Positions 26,440-35,674 of a stretch of 64,000 nucleotides of DNA are shown here, piece after piece. The stretch spans positions 128,779-192,778 of IMG/VR virus record IMGVR_UViG_3300017565_000017. The stretch is one strand, 5' to 3'. This DNA is from a virus. Taxonomy: Duplodnaviria; Heunggongvirae; Uroviricota; Caudoviricetes. Under the pieces are notes generated by a model. That model saw only the letters and a list, made by a program, of their open reading frames with translations. It was not told where the DNA came from and ran no database searches. Each line of letters starts with the position of its first letter. Position 1 is the first letter of the stretch. A program made the position numbers and the translations under genes.

Positions 26440-26679
26440 CTATTCGACGGTCTGGATCTGCACCCAGTTGGTCCAGAACCACTCATCAACCTTGAGATCA
26501 TCAGTGGTGTAAAAGATTTCCGGGATGGGGTCCAGCAACTTGCCCTCGGTGCGAAGGCGATTTACCACGGTCTGGCCGTAGCGGATGCACCAGGACTTCG
26601 GCTGGGCCTCCTGCTCCTCACGGCAGCTACGGAGAAACTCACCAGCCTCTTCAGGCGTAAACTTCTTGATGATAGTCAT
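26440..26679 (-). CDS. hypothetical protein
   Basis: GAGGAG SD. Confidence 0.65.
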   Translation of the reverse strand: MTIIKKFTPEEAGEFLRSCREEQEAQPKSWCIRYGQTVVNRLRTEGKLLDPIPEIFYTTDDLKVDEWFWTNWVQIQTVE

Positions 26680-26691
26680 CAGATATACTCC

Positions 26692-26901
26692 TCAAAGTTC
26701 TTTGTAGGAAGCGAGTTCCTGGATCTTGGCCTTGGACCAGCCCTTGCGCGACCACGCATCGGACAGGGATTCCCCGTCGATAACCTCGGAACCGCCTGCT
26801 TTCCAAGTAAGCTGATACGACTTCAGCTTCGGGTTAAACACCTTGGAAAAGGCGGAGTTCTTGCCAAAGATCTGGCGCATTTGTCGCTCAAAATTATTCA
26901 T
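26692..26901 (-). CDS. hypothetical protein (start MNNFERQ)
   Basis: First in-frame ATG after promoter. Confidence 0.55.
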   Translation of the reverse strand: MNNFERQMRQIFGKNSAFSKVFNPKLKSYQLTWKAGGSEVIDGESLSDAWSRKGWSKAKIQELASYKEL

Positions 26902-26940
26902 GAACTTTACAAGGGGGTAAAGGGGGTTTAGGGCTTTGCC

Positions 26941-26969
26941 ATTATACGGCACGGCCCTAGCCCCGGCAA
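26941..26969 (-). promoter_or_regulatory. sigma70-type promoter in TC/GA-free tract 26903-26994
   Basis: TTGCCG-17 nt-TATAAT. Confidence 0.75.
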
Positions 26970-26983
26970 CCCTTATTTACAAG

Positions 26984-27946
26984 TTAGCGCGCTTCCCAGC
27001 GAGCCCGGCGACGGACCTTACGGAAAAAGGTTTGGACTTGCGCAGCAGTAACGCCGAAATACCGCTGGACTTTCGATTGATAAGTTGTGAATTGAACGCG
27101 CTCCACCAGCACGGAATTGTCAGTGCCAAGATGCTCACTGAACTTCTTGTCGTATTGGCCGCTAAGAATCCAGAGGAATTTGCGGGCGCGTTTGGTCATG
27201 TACGGTTCGACCTTAGATAATGCTGTGAGACCCTCTTTCAGGAAGTTCTCGGGTTCTGCCTTCTGCTCCAGTTGTAGACCCGGGGTATCATACGGAACTA
27301 GAACATTGCTGTAGGTGCCGTCCGAATTCTTCACGATACGTTGGCGCGACTGAGTGGTTTGCTCCTTAATCAGGGACTGGCCGCTATCCTTAATCGCAGA
27401 CTTGGCAACGTTCACCATGTGCATGTGATTCTCGAAGAACGGATAGCGGCGATACAGTGCGTAGATTGCGGCCAGCTTCTCCCGCTGGGAGATATCCTGA
27501 CGGCCTTCCACGTAAGACTTAACGATGAAGGTATGCTTGCGAGTCGTGAACTTACCAATGTAGTCGTCGATCTTACGGCTAGTAAGGAACGCCATTTCCG
27601 AGCGAAACTGCGCTATTGAGTACGCCGGGTACTTGGGGTCAATATGGCTCAAGTCCAGAGCACGCAGTCTGCGAGCATCACCTTTGCTAACACCATATTC
27701 CAGACGTGAGGGCAGGTCACGACCTTCTAGCCGTGCCTTGTGAACTGCGTAGGCGTACAGCTTACAGTTGAGTAGAATGTACCCGGAACTATCCATTGTA
27801 GCTTTTGCCTCAATGCCATCCTGAAACATCTTGCGGAATTGGGCGTTGTCGATGTAACGGAACAGATACATGAACATTGCATTGAACTGTTCGGGGGTCA
27901 GTTCGTATCCCATAGCTTCAGTAACAGACTGGGCTTCCTTGCGCAT
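26984..27946 (-). CDS. putative divergent sigma-factor-like transcription protein
   Basis: DISQREKLAAIYAL-x-x-x-YP...VAKSAI...LIKEQTTQSRQR weakly resembles sigma region 2. Confidence 0.35.
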   Translation of the reverse strand: MRKEAQSVTEAMGYELTPEQFNAMFMYLFRYIDNAQFRKMFQDGIEAKATMDSSGYILLNCKLYAYAVHKARLEGRDLPSRLEYGVSKGDARRLRALDLSHIDPKYPAYSIAQFRSEMAFLTSRKIDDYIGKFTTRKHTFIVKSYVEGRQDISQREKLAAIYALYRRYPFFENHMHMVNVAKSAIKDSGQSLIKEQTTQSRQRIVKNSDGTYSNVLVPYDTPGLQLEQKAEPENFLKEGLTALSKVEPYMTKRARKFLWILSGQYDKKFSEHLGTDNSVLVERVQFTTYQSKVQRYFGVTAAQVQTFFRKVRRRARWEAR

Positions 27947-28315
27947 TTATAACTCCCGCACTCTAAACTCATAACGGCGGTCCCGGGCTTTGCGAGATAA
28001 CTGCTTCTCAGCCAGTTCCAGGGAGTCGTGTACTGATACAGGCTCCCACCCCTTGTCTGCACTCAAGCGTCGCTCAATAACAGCCTTAGCTTTCTTGACC
28101 GGAGTGGGATGTTCCGTAAATGGTAGAGGCGCACCAGAATCGAAGGCATACTCGCCGTCTAGTGCCGCCTTGGCCTGTGTAACTCTGTCGTCTAGCTCCT
28201 TGGTCAAGCGCTTGTGGGTATTAGCATCGACAGACCCATGTTTGGAACGGGCCTGCTCTGCCTCTAGCATGCGCATATATTCCCGGAACCTTGCATCATC
28301 CAGTTCCTGGCTCAT
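27947..28315 (-). CDS. hypothetical protein
   Basis: Coupled ORF. Confidence 0.65.
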   Translation of the reverse strand: MSQELDDARFREYMRMLEAEQARSKHGSVDANTHKRLTKELDDRVTQAKAALDGEYAFDSGAPLPFTEHPTPVKKAKAVIERRLSADKGWEPVSVHDSLELAEKQLSRKARDRRYEFRVREL

Positions 28316-28317
28316 AG

Positions 28318-29028
28318 TTACTCCGTGGGAAATTCGACTTCTTGTACCACGGACTTTTTCTTCTTGATAAGGTTGCCGTGTTCATCCACCTCGTCATCCT
28401 TGACTTTGCGGAACCAGTGGTCCGGGGCAGTATCCATGGACGGCGGCTCGTAATCGTCGAGAGTGGTTTTCTTGATGAAGGCGCGGCTCAGTTCCGGATC
28501 ATTGATCAAGTTCTGCTCCAGTAGCTGCGCACGTTTCTCACGCCACTCGGCGGGGGTCAGTATGCCTTCCTCGTCCTTGAGCAGAGCAATGTAGGAATTG
28601 CCTCGTTTGCTGGGGTCACGGTCACCCACAACCATGAGGTCACCTGTAGACGACATACCAAGAACAAAACCCGAACGGTAGTTGGACATATAGTCCTTAC
28701 CAATCGGGCGGAAATAGATTTTGGTGCCGAATTTGAAGCGTTTCTGGTCGGCCGACATGAGGGCAGCTAACACGCGCCGAGCAGTGCGCGGCAACGACAT
28801 CATAGCCGTAGCCTGGACCAGCAATTCAGAAGTAACACACAACTCTTGCACGTTGGGGGTAAAGCAAGACGGGGCGGTTCCCTGGGCGCGCACACCCATC
28901 TTCGAACACACTTCGCCTTTCTTGGAGGCGTGAGGCACGTTTTCAAAGTGTAGGCACGAGCCACACTTCATAGCCGGTAAGTTGTACGAAGTAGCGGGAC
29001 TACCATCTGCTACATCACGCTTTTGCAT
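28318..29028 (-). CDS. hypothetical protein with Cys-rich N-terminus
   Basis: C-x-x-C-x-H-F...C...C. Confidence 0.7.
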   Translation of the reverse strand: MQKRDVADGSPATSYNLPAMKCGSCLHFENVPHASKKGEVCSKMGVRAQGTAPSCFTPNVQELCVTSELLVQATAMMSLPRTARRVLAALMSADQKRFKFGTKIYFRPIGKDYMSNYRSGFVLGMSSTGDLMVVGDRDPSKRGNSYIALLKDEEGILTPAEWREKRAQLLEQNLINDPELSRAFIKKTTLDDYEPPSMDTAPDHWFRKVKDDEVDEHGNLIKKKKSVVQEVEFPTE

Positions 29029-29106
29029 CTTAGCTTCCTGAAAGGAATACGGATACGGTTCCGATACTTAACAATGGGAAGGGGTTTTGTTACAGCTATT
29101 AAATGT

Positions 29107-29135
29107 ATTATAACACAGAGGCGTCAAGAACGCAA
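29107..29135 (-). promoter_or_regulatory. sigma70-type promoter (contains TC/GA, an exception to the pattern)
   Basis: TTGCGT-17 nt-TATAAT with TGT extended -10. Confidence 0.6.
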
Positions 29136-29591
29136 GCTCCTGAAGTGTTGCAAATACAGATTTCTTATGGCGGTACGGATTAGGGCAGCACGGCCTCGGC
29201 ACTGAGGATACACTCCCCCTAGGGCATCTAGCATAGCCCGAGTTTCGGCGTCGAGACCTAATACGACTGAGGTCCGCTTATTGGGGTCATTGCGGGTACG
29301 TTCCTCAGCCCGCTGGATAACCTCCGCCAGATACTCCAACTTGGCGATCTGGGTTCGGTCATAGGTGCCGAGGAACTGGTGGTGAGGTTTGTTGTGACGG
29401 AGTGCCACCGCTATCTTGTGAATTGCAGTGTGATGGCCGTCACATAGACTTACAGTAGGACCATCTGTTCCACCGTAGGCTTGTGGAACTACGTGATGTT
29501 CTTCCCGCTGGGCAGGACCCGGTGGAAGCACGTCGTTAAACCGCTTACCACATACCCAGCAATGGTCTAGGGTAATGGTCTCGGTAATCAT
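29124..29591 (-). CDS. HNH endonuclease with C-terminal RHH-like domain
   Basis: CWVCG...EEHHVVPQAYGG...LCDGHHTAIH. Confidence 0.75.
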   Translation of the reverse strand: MITETITLDHCWVCGKRFNDVLPPGPAQREEHHVVPQAYGGTDGPTVSLCDGHHTAIHKIAVALRHNKPHHQFLGTYDRTQIAKLEYLAEVIQRAEERTRNDPNKRTSVVLGLDAETRAMLDALGGVYPQCRGRAALIRTAIRNLYLQHFRSLRS

Positions 29592-30073
29592 ACACGCATC
29601 CAGAGTTCGTTGTACTCTCGGCTGGGTTCGTCCAGAAAGTCCTCAGTTACTACTGTCTCCTGACCCCAAATGAATAGCGGAGCCTGCATATCGAGACTGA
29701 ATTGGTTCAGACGATTGCGGTTGCGGCGACGCAGGGGTGGGAAATGGCGCACGAGCATGGAGTGCGGAAAGTAATGGTAACCGAAAGCGGGTTCCACACC
29801 CATCTCGCATAGCTCTACAAATCGGGCCTCTGCATCCGGAGAAATCACGCCAGCCAATGGGGACGATCCTCCAACAGCCGTGCTGAAGTAGAGGGCAACT
29901 TCCTCAATTCTACTTTCATATTTACGGTCTGGATCGGGGTGGATAGTATCCCGCGAAATCATGATCGTAAGCTTTGGGTCTTGATCCAGCTGTAGGCGAT
30001 GAAGGGAAGCCAGTTGGCGATACTTAGCTAATGACTCCGGCTCAAGGGTAACGTATAAGTGCTGCAAGTACAT
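29588..30073 (-). CDS. hypothetical protein, possible degenerate 2H-phosphoesterase fold
   Basis: PKLTIMIS and YFPHSML at 2H-like spacing. Confidence 0.35.
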   Translation of the reverse strand: MYLQHLYVTLEPESLAKYRQLASLHRLQLDQDPKLTIMISRDTIHPDPDRKYESRIEEVALYFSTAVGGSSPLAGVISPDAEARFVELCEMGVEPAFGYHYFPHSMLVRHFPPLRRRNRNRLNQFSLDMQAPLFIWGQETVVTEDFLDEPSREYNELWMRV

Positions 30074-30075
30074 GA

Positions 30076-31056
30076 TTAGCCTCCAAAGCCGAAGCCCCAA
30101 TCGCTGATGTTAATGTTGCCTCCAGCAGCTTGTTGTAGGGCGCGCAGTGTCTGCCGGTCAGCAACCCAATACCAGGAGCCCCCCGCGTGCGCCTGAGCCT
30201 TAGCGCTTACCATAGTAAGCGGGGCCACGGCATCGCGTAGGCTAACCATATAGCGAGTTGCGGCTTCAATAGCTCGCTCAGGTTTACCCCGGGCATCGGC
30301 CTGGATGGCGTCACGGTTCACACCGATAATGCGTTGGTCGTAGATCATAGGATAGCCCCCGACCATTTCACACTTGATACCAGCCGCCTTGAGCTTGGCT
30401 AGATCGAGACGGCCAGCCAGGACCGGAATAATGGGAGCCATGCACAGGACATTCGGGCGGTTACGGATGGCATCTAGAGCACCCTTGGCGCGGGCCGTAG
30501 TGGTGAGCGCCTTAACCGAGCTCTCATCAATTTCCAGGGCTGGAGCCTTCGCAGCCGTAATAACTTCCATACGGGCTTCGGCCTTGGTTTTCAGGCCCGC
30601 CAAAATCTGACGGGCTTCGATGATTTCGGTGATCTCAAGACCGGCGCGTTCGGTCTTGGTGTAGGATCCTGTCATAAGACCCTCACGCACGGAAACCATA
30701 GCATTGCGGATGAGACGGAGTGGGCGGCTGGCACCCACGGGCAACTCGGGTTGGTCGCGTATTGAGTCCAGGGCTTCGAGGGCAGCGGTCAGTGTCATGA
30801 TCTGATCCGACTTGCTCTTGAGGCCAAACGTAGCAACCACTACGCCGAGTTCCTGGAGCTGTTTATCCAGGCTGTTAATGGAATTGATTCGAGCCTCCAG
30901 CTTGGCCCGGACTGCCGCATCTTGGCGCTCTGCGGCTTCGATACCCAGACCCATGTCACCAACCTTGGACATCTGGGAATTGTTCTTTACAGTAAGGCCA
31001 CGGCGGGCCTGGAGTCGGTCAAAATTATTGTCGTTTACTCGAATCAGATTTTCCAT
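30076..31056 (-). CDS. hypothetical coiled-coil protein
   Basis: 326-aa ORF with GGGAG SD. Confidence 0.7.
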   Translation of the reverse strand: MENLIRVNDNNFDRLQARRGLTVKNNSQMSKVGDMGLGIEAAERQDAAVRAKLEARINSINSLDKQLQELGVVVATFGLKSKSDQIMTLTAALEALDSIRDQPELPVGASRPLRLIRNAMVSVREGLMTGSYTKTERAGLEITEIIEARQILAGLKTKAEARMEVITAAKAPALEIDESSVKALTTTARAKGALDAIRNRPNVLCMAPIIPVLAGRLDLAKLKAAGIKCEMVGGYPMIYDQRIIGVNRDAIQADARGKPERAIEAATRYMVSLRDAVAPLTMVSAKAQAHAGGSWYWVADRQTLRALQQAAGGNINISDWGFGFGG

Positions 31057-31114
31057 TTATCTCTCCCAAAACGAACTAAAGGGGTGCGGCCTCTAAGGAC
31101 CACACCCCTATCTA

Positions 31115-31639
31115 TTACAGGCCGAACGTCTCTGCCTTAGCGGAAGCCTTTTCAGCCTTCACCGGGGCAGCCTTCTCAGCCTTTGCCTTCTTCTCGGTCT
31201 TGGCAGGCTTGTCAGCTTGCTTGACCACAACCTTCACATCCTTGCCAGCTTCAGCCTTCTTGGCTTTGCGAGCAGCGCGGCGAGCCGCCTTGTCTTCCTT
31301 CGACTCGGCGGCAGGCTTGGCAGCCTTAACCGGCTTTGCAGCCTTCTCAGCCTTCACCGGAGCCTTGGCAGCGGCGGCGGCTTCCTTAGCGGCCTTACGG
31401 GCAGCGCGGCGAGCAGCCTTGGCGTCAGCAGCGGGAGCCGCTGCGGTCTTGGCCGGAGCAGCCTTCTTAGCAGCCGGAGCCGTCTTAGCAGCGGCAGGAG
31501 CCTTGCCCGAAGCAGCCTTAGCTGCGGTGGCGGCGATCTTAGCTTCCAGACGCTGAACTTGCTTGGTCAGGGCAGCGATTTGGCTTTCTTGCGACTTGGC
31601 GGTCTTGGCCGCGTCTTGGAGGGATTTAACGATACTCAT
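31115..31639 (-). CDS. histone H1/AlgP-like Lys-Ala-Pro-rich DNA-binding protein
   Basis: N-terminal coiled coil; KAAPAK, KAARRAARKA x2. Confidence 0.75.
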   Translation of the reverse strand: MSIVKSLQDAAKTAKSQESQIAALTKQVQRLEAKIAATAAKAASGKAPAAAKTAPAAKKAAPAKTAAAPAADAKAARRAARKAAKEAAAAAKAPVKAEKAAKPVKAAKPAAESKEDKAARRAARKAKKAEAGKDVKVVVKQADKPAKTEKKAKAEKAAPVKAEKASAKAETFGL

Positions 31640-31744
31640 GTTGTTTTCTCTTAGTGAGGTTAGATGCAAGGGTCTTTCGAATTGACCCCTGCGGACAGGG
31701 GACTTGCTAAAGAACGTGTGCTTTTAAATTGGAGCACACATAAT

Positions 31745-33259
31745 TTACGCTTTGGACTTACGAGCAGATTTTGAAGCGTTGATCGCAGCCATTTCAGCAT
31801 CAGGGTTGTAGTGCCAGAACTTCTTGGCTCCCAACTCTACGATCTCAGCCCGAACCTTCTTCTTGGGTCGCAGCAACCACTTTTCAAGTACAGCCAAGTG
31901 CTTCTTCTGAGAGGCCAAAGTTTCCAGAATAGCTGCTTGATCCAGACGGGAGAGAGTCTTGATCTTGAGCTCCAGTAATTCCTTGGCCTGCTCTTCAGTA
32001 AGCTTGCTGTTCTTGACAAGAAACTTCACATCATCAGGAGCATCCCACGCCTTGCGGATAACATCCTTGATTGATGCCGCGTAGATCAACAGCTCAGACT
32101 TAGCGATAAGTCGGTTCTGCTTCTCAATGCGATAGTTCAGGCTACGAGTCTCAAGCTCGATACGCATCCGCAACCACGTAATGAGAATGTCTGGGATGGA
32201 CATCGACAAGAACTCAGTCTTATGCTTAGTCACACCGTCAACAGTCGTTGCGGAACGGCGGGTAACGTTCATCTTGTAAGATTTACGCACCGTCGTGATC
32301 TTCTGTACCTTCTTGACGAATGCTTGGAACTGAGCGAGATTGTAACCGCGCTTCATAGTAATCGTGTATTCGGAATTACCCGATGAGTTGTACACGTCCT
32401 CGCAACCGTCAATAGCTCGAACCTTCTTGACCAAGGCTTCAGGAGTAAGGCCCGGGGGCCACTCACGAATGATAATACGGCGGCGGTCCTCGTCAACCTC
32501 AAGATTGGGAGTATACTGCACAGCGCCGGAAGTTCCTTTGAACAGGTTCTCCCAGGCTTCCATATTGTCTTTGGTCTTAACCAGACGACCGCCCCACTTA
32601 AGCTCCGGCTTGAGCGTATTCGCAAAATCCGTTGCGGTGAGCTTTTCGCCAGCAAGTAGGCGGTCGATTACTGCGCAAACACTCTCCACGGTAAACGCAG
32701 GGAGGTTTGTCGTAATGCCAACCCCGATACCTTCGTTGCTGTTGAGCAGCACGTTAGGCAGCAGAGCAGGCAGCGTAACCGGCTCCACAGTACGATCGTC
32801 GAAGTTCGGCACGAATGTCGTAACCTCAGGAACGATGTAATTGGGGTCGAAAAATGTAGCCCCGTATTCACTGAGCTTTGCGTTTGTGTAACGATAAGCC
32901 GCAGCCTCTTCCGTAAGAGAGCCGAAGTTACCGTCACCAAACATAGTTGGGAGCTGACCCTGCACCAGCGTGACCAGTGCGCCGTACACAGAGCCGTCAC
33001 CCTTCGGGTGGTACTTACCCAGAACATCACCGACGATTGTGGCACTCTTAACCGGCTCACCGTTGTACTTAGCGACATGGTGGGCTGACCACAGGATGCG
33101 GCGATGCACCGGCTTGAGTCCGTCGTAAACGTCAGGAACAGAACGCTCCAGGTTTACTTCGGTCGCGTAGTGAATGATTTGCCGTTCACTAAACGAATAC
33201 AGATCCTGGTCCTGGACATTAGCATCCACGGCAACAGGCGATGATAATTTGCGTGCCAT
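31745..33259 (-). CDS. gyrA: type IIA topoisomerase A subunit (GyrA/ParC-like, no CTD)
   Basis: RSVPDVYDGLKPVHRRIL, GKYHPKGD, GNFGS, AAAYRYT (catalytic Tyr), GIGVG. Confidence 0.93.
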   Translation of the reverse strand: MARKLSSPVAVDANVQDQDLYSFSERQIIHYATEVNLERSVPDVYDGLKPVHRRILWSAHHVAKYNGEPVKSATIVGDVLGKYHPKGDGSVYGALVTLVQGQLPTMFGDGNFGSLTEEAAAYRYTNAKLSEYGATFFDPNYIVPEVTTFVPNFDDRTVEPVTLPALLPNVLLNSNEGIGVGITTNLPAFTVESVCAVIDRLLAGEKLTATDFANTLKPELKWGGRLVKTKDNMEAWENLFKGTSGAVQYTPNLEVDEDRRRIIIREWPPGLTPEALVKKVRAIDGCEDVYNSSGNSEYTITMKRGYNLAQFQAFVKKVQKITTVRKSYKMNVTRRSATTVDGVTKHKTEFLSMSIPDILITWLRMRIELETRSLNYRIEKQNRLIAKSELLIYAASIKDVIRKAWDAPDDVKFLVKNSKLTEEQAKELLELKIKTLSRLDQAAILETLASQKKHLAVLEKWLLRPKKKVRAEIVELGAKKFWHYNPDAEMAAINASKSARKSKA

Positions 33260-33261
33260 GG

Positions 33262-35646
33262 TTAAACTCCAAACAGGTTCTTGCGGAACTCGACGTCTTC
33301 GTTCATCAGGCGATTGAAGTTGTCGTGTAGCTCTGCCGTGGCTGGCGGCTTAACCCGGATAAGACGGCGAGTAGCTGCATCCATAGCCAGAGTGCGCAAC
33401 TGAGGAGCGTTAATCTCACCCCAGCCCTTGATGTGCTTAATGTGCGTCTTGGCCGGAGCCCCCGCTGCATCAAGCTTCTTACGCACCTCTGACAGAGTAT
33501 CACCCGAGTACATCTGGTTCTTGTACATAGCATAGAACTCAGGAGCGTCTACCACGTACACCATACCCAGCTCAAACAATTGCGGCATGAACTTGTAGAA
33601 CAAGGTCAAGAGCAGTGTATTGATGTGGCAGTTGGAACTCACATGACCCGAAGGAGTAACGAAGTTCCCCATTCCCTTAACCGACAAGCAGTACACTGGC
33701 ACGGCTTCTTTGAGTCGCTGAAGCTTGGATTTCGATACGATCGTAAACGGTTTCGTCTCTCGCTTATTAGCTTTCGCGCCAGGGGTGAAAATGTGGTCCC
33801 CACTCGTAATGTCGCGCGCACGCTTCCACGCAATATCGTGCGCTTCATCAAGGATGACTTTTCCTTCACTTACTTCCCACTGCTTGAAGTTGGTGATTGC
33901 CCACTTGTGATCTGGATCCACCTTGTACTTGGTGCCACCGATCTCCATGGAGACAATCTCATCCGTGTGTCGAACCTGCATTGCCGTAGCAGGCATGAGC
34001 TTAATCGAGTTACCCGTCCATGAGGGGACCTTGAACTTGACGCCGGAAGTGACTAGATCCTCAATCTGAACTTGGCGGAGAATCTCCTCACCTTCCAACT
34101 GAATCGTAATCAGAGTGCCTGCAACAAACGGGCCGTCTGGGTCCGGGTCAGCGAGGCAGATAATCTTGCCGACGTTGAGCTTGGAATACGGGTCAGATGC
34201 ACGAGCATCGAACCCCATAGCCGCCAGAATGTGGGCCACCGACTCCGATTCCAGGGCGCGGGCATCCGTGGACTTAGCCGCGTTAAGAATCTTACCCTTA
34301 AGCGGGAGAATGGCTTGCCAGCCAAACCGAGCGCTCTTGGCCGTACCGCCTGCCGAGTCACCCTCAACCAGGAACAGTTCCCGATCTTCTGGACGACCCT
34401 CAGTTGCCTTAGCGAACTTCGTAGGCATCTGCTTGCTGGCCTTGGCAATCTCCTTCAGAGCGTTCTTACTTGCCCGGAACTTAGACTTCAGCTCGTTAAT
34501 GGCAGAACTACGCTCACAGATCTTGGCAGCAAGGCCCGGGTTCTTGGCAAAGAACGCCTTAGCCTGGGTATACACCCACTCTTCGAAGTCAGCTCCCATA
34601 CGCTCGTCGGTAAGCTGTACCTTGGCCTGAGAACTGAATTTGGCACCGCTGAGTTTCGCGTTAACGATACCCACGAGGCCTTCACGGAAGTCTAGTGCCG
34701 TGAACACTTGCTTCTTCTTGATGTGCTCCTTAACTGCACGGAACAGGCCACTCTGGACCGAGTTCACGTGAGTGCCGCCCTGACTGTTGGTCAAACCGTT
34801 AGTAGCACCCCGCAAGTCTTGCCCGTCGTAGTTTGTGAACGATACCGCAATATCGCACAGAGGGCTAGTTGCCTCAAATGCCAGACGCTCAGACAGAGGC
34901 GTGGCCTTCAGCAATTCAACGCGCTTATCAAGGTACTCACGCGGACCCACCTTGGAGTAGTACTCCTTAGTATCGCCCTTGTACGTAACCTGGATCTTGA
35001 ACTTCGGGTTGAGGTAGGCAGTGAGCTCCGACCATTCGTGGAGCATAACCGCCGGGAAGGTCTTGGCACTGAAAATCTTCGTGTCAGGTACGAAATGGAT
35101 TAGGGTGCCGCTTGCAATCTTACCGAAGGGGTTATCGGTCGGTGGGCGCTTGGACTCAACGCCCTTCGAAACCAGCTTGCCTTCAGAGAACTCGATATAG
35201 TGCCACTTGCCTTCAAAGAAGGTCCACACCTGGAACTGTGTAGACAGAGCGTTAGTACCTTTAGCACCGACGCCGTGAACACCACGAGCCGTCTCGTAGG
35301 CATCACTATGCTTACCCGAAGTATGCAGATTGCCGAAAATGGCCTGCATCGTCGGGAGCTTGGATTTGACAGGCTTCCCGTCAACTTCCACGGTTGTTTC
35401 TTTCACACCTTGCGGAACGCCAGTACCGTCGTCGAGAACCCAATAGCCGGTTGCGTCTACGTGAGCCTTGGCAAACGTGGCACGACCAGCACCGAATTCG
35501 TCAACGACGTTATCCAGCAGTTCCCGCAGGATCAGAAAGAGGCCATCCTCACCGGTATCCCCGATGTACATCGAGGGGTGTTCCCGGACTTGGTTCAGGC
35601 CGGACAGTAATCGAATACTGTCGCTTGTGTAGGCTTTGCGCGCCAT
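33262..35646 (-). CDS. gyrB: type IIA topoisomerase B subunit (GyrB/ParE-like) containing an intein
   Basis: HPSMYIG, ELLDNVVDE, DDGTG, GVHGVG, VEGDSAGG, PLKGKILN, DPDPDG|intein|CHI-x-TLLLT, IKGWGE; start set to ATG 35646 because 35700 lies inside a tRNA. Confidence 0.93.
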   Translation of the reverse strand: MARKAYTSDSIRLLSGLNQVREHPSMYIGDTGEDGLFLILRELLDNVVDEFGAGRATFAKAHVDATGYWVLDDGTGVPQGVKETTVEVDGKPVKSKLPTMQAIFGNLHTSGKHSDAYETARGVHGVGAKGTNALSTQFQVWTFFEGKWHYIEFSEGKLVSKGVESKRPPTDNPFGKIASGTLIHFVPDTKIFSAKTFPAVMLHEWSELTAYLNPKFKIQVTYKGDTKEYYSKVGPREYLDKRVELLKATPLSERLAFEATSPLCDIAVSFTNYDGQDLRGATNGLTNSQGGTHVNSVQSGLFRAVKEHIKKKQVFTALDFREGLVGIVNAKLSGAKFSSQAKVQLTDERMGADFEEWVYTQAKAFFAKNPGLAAKICERSSAINELKSKFRASKNALKEIAKASKQMPTKFAKATEGRPEDRELFLVEGDSAGGTAKSARFGWQAILPLKGKILNAAKSTDARALESESVAHILAAMGFDARASDPYSKLNVGKIICLADPDPDGPFVAGTLITIQLEGEEILRQVQIEDLVTSGVKFKVPSWTGNSIKLMPATAMQVRHTDEIVSMEIGGTKYKVDPDHKWAITNFKQWEVSEGKVILDEAHDIAWKRARDITSGDHIFTPGAKANKRETKPFTIVSKSKLQRLKEAVPVYCLSVKGMGNFVTPSGHVSSNCHINTLLLTLFYKFMPQLFELGMVYVVDAPEFYAMYKNQMYSGDTLSEVRKKLDAAGAPAKTHIKHIKGWGEINAPQLRTLAMDAATRRLIRVKPPATAELHDNFNRLMNEDVEFRKNLFGV
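33631..34131 (-). mobile_element. 167-aa mini-intein, class 3 type (Pro1; W/C/S triad), no endonuclease
   Basis: Block A PFVAGTLI, block B KVDPDHKW, block F VPVYCLSV, block G GHVSSN|C. Confidence 0.85.
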
Positions 35647-35674
35647 TAATCTACCTTCATCTTGGTTACTTCGA

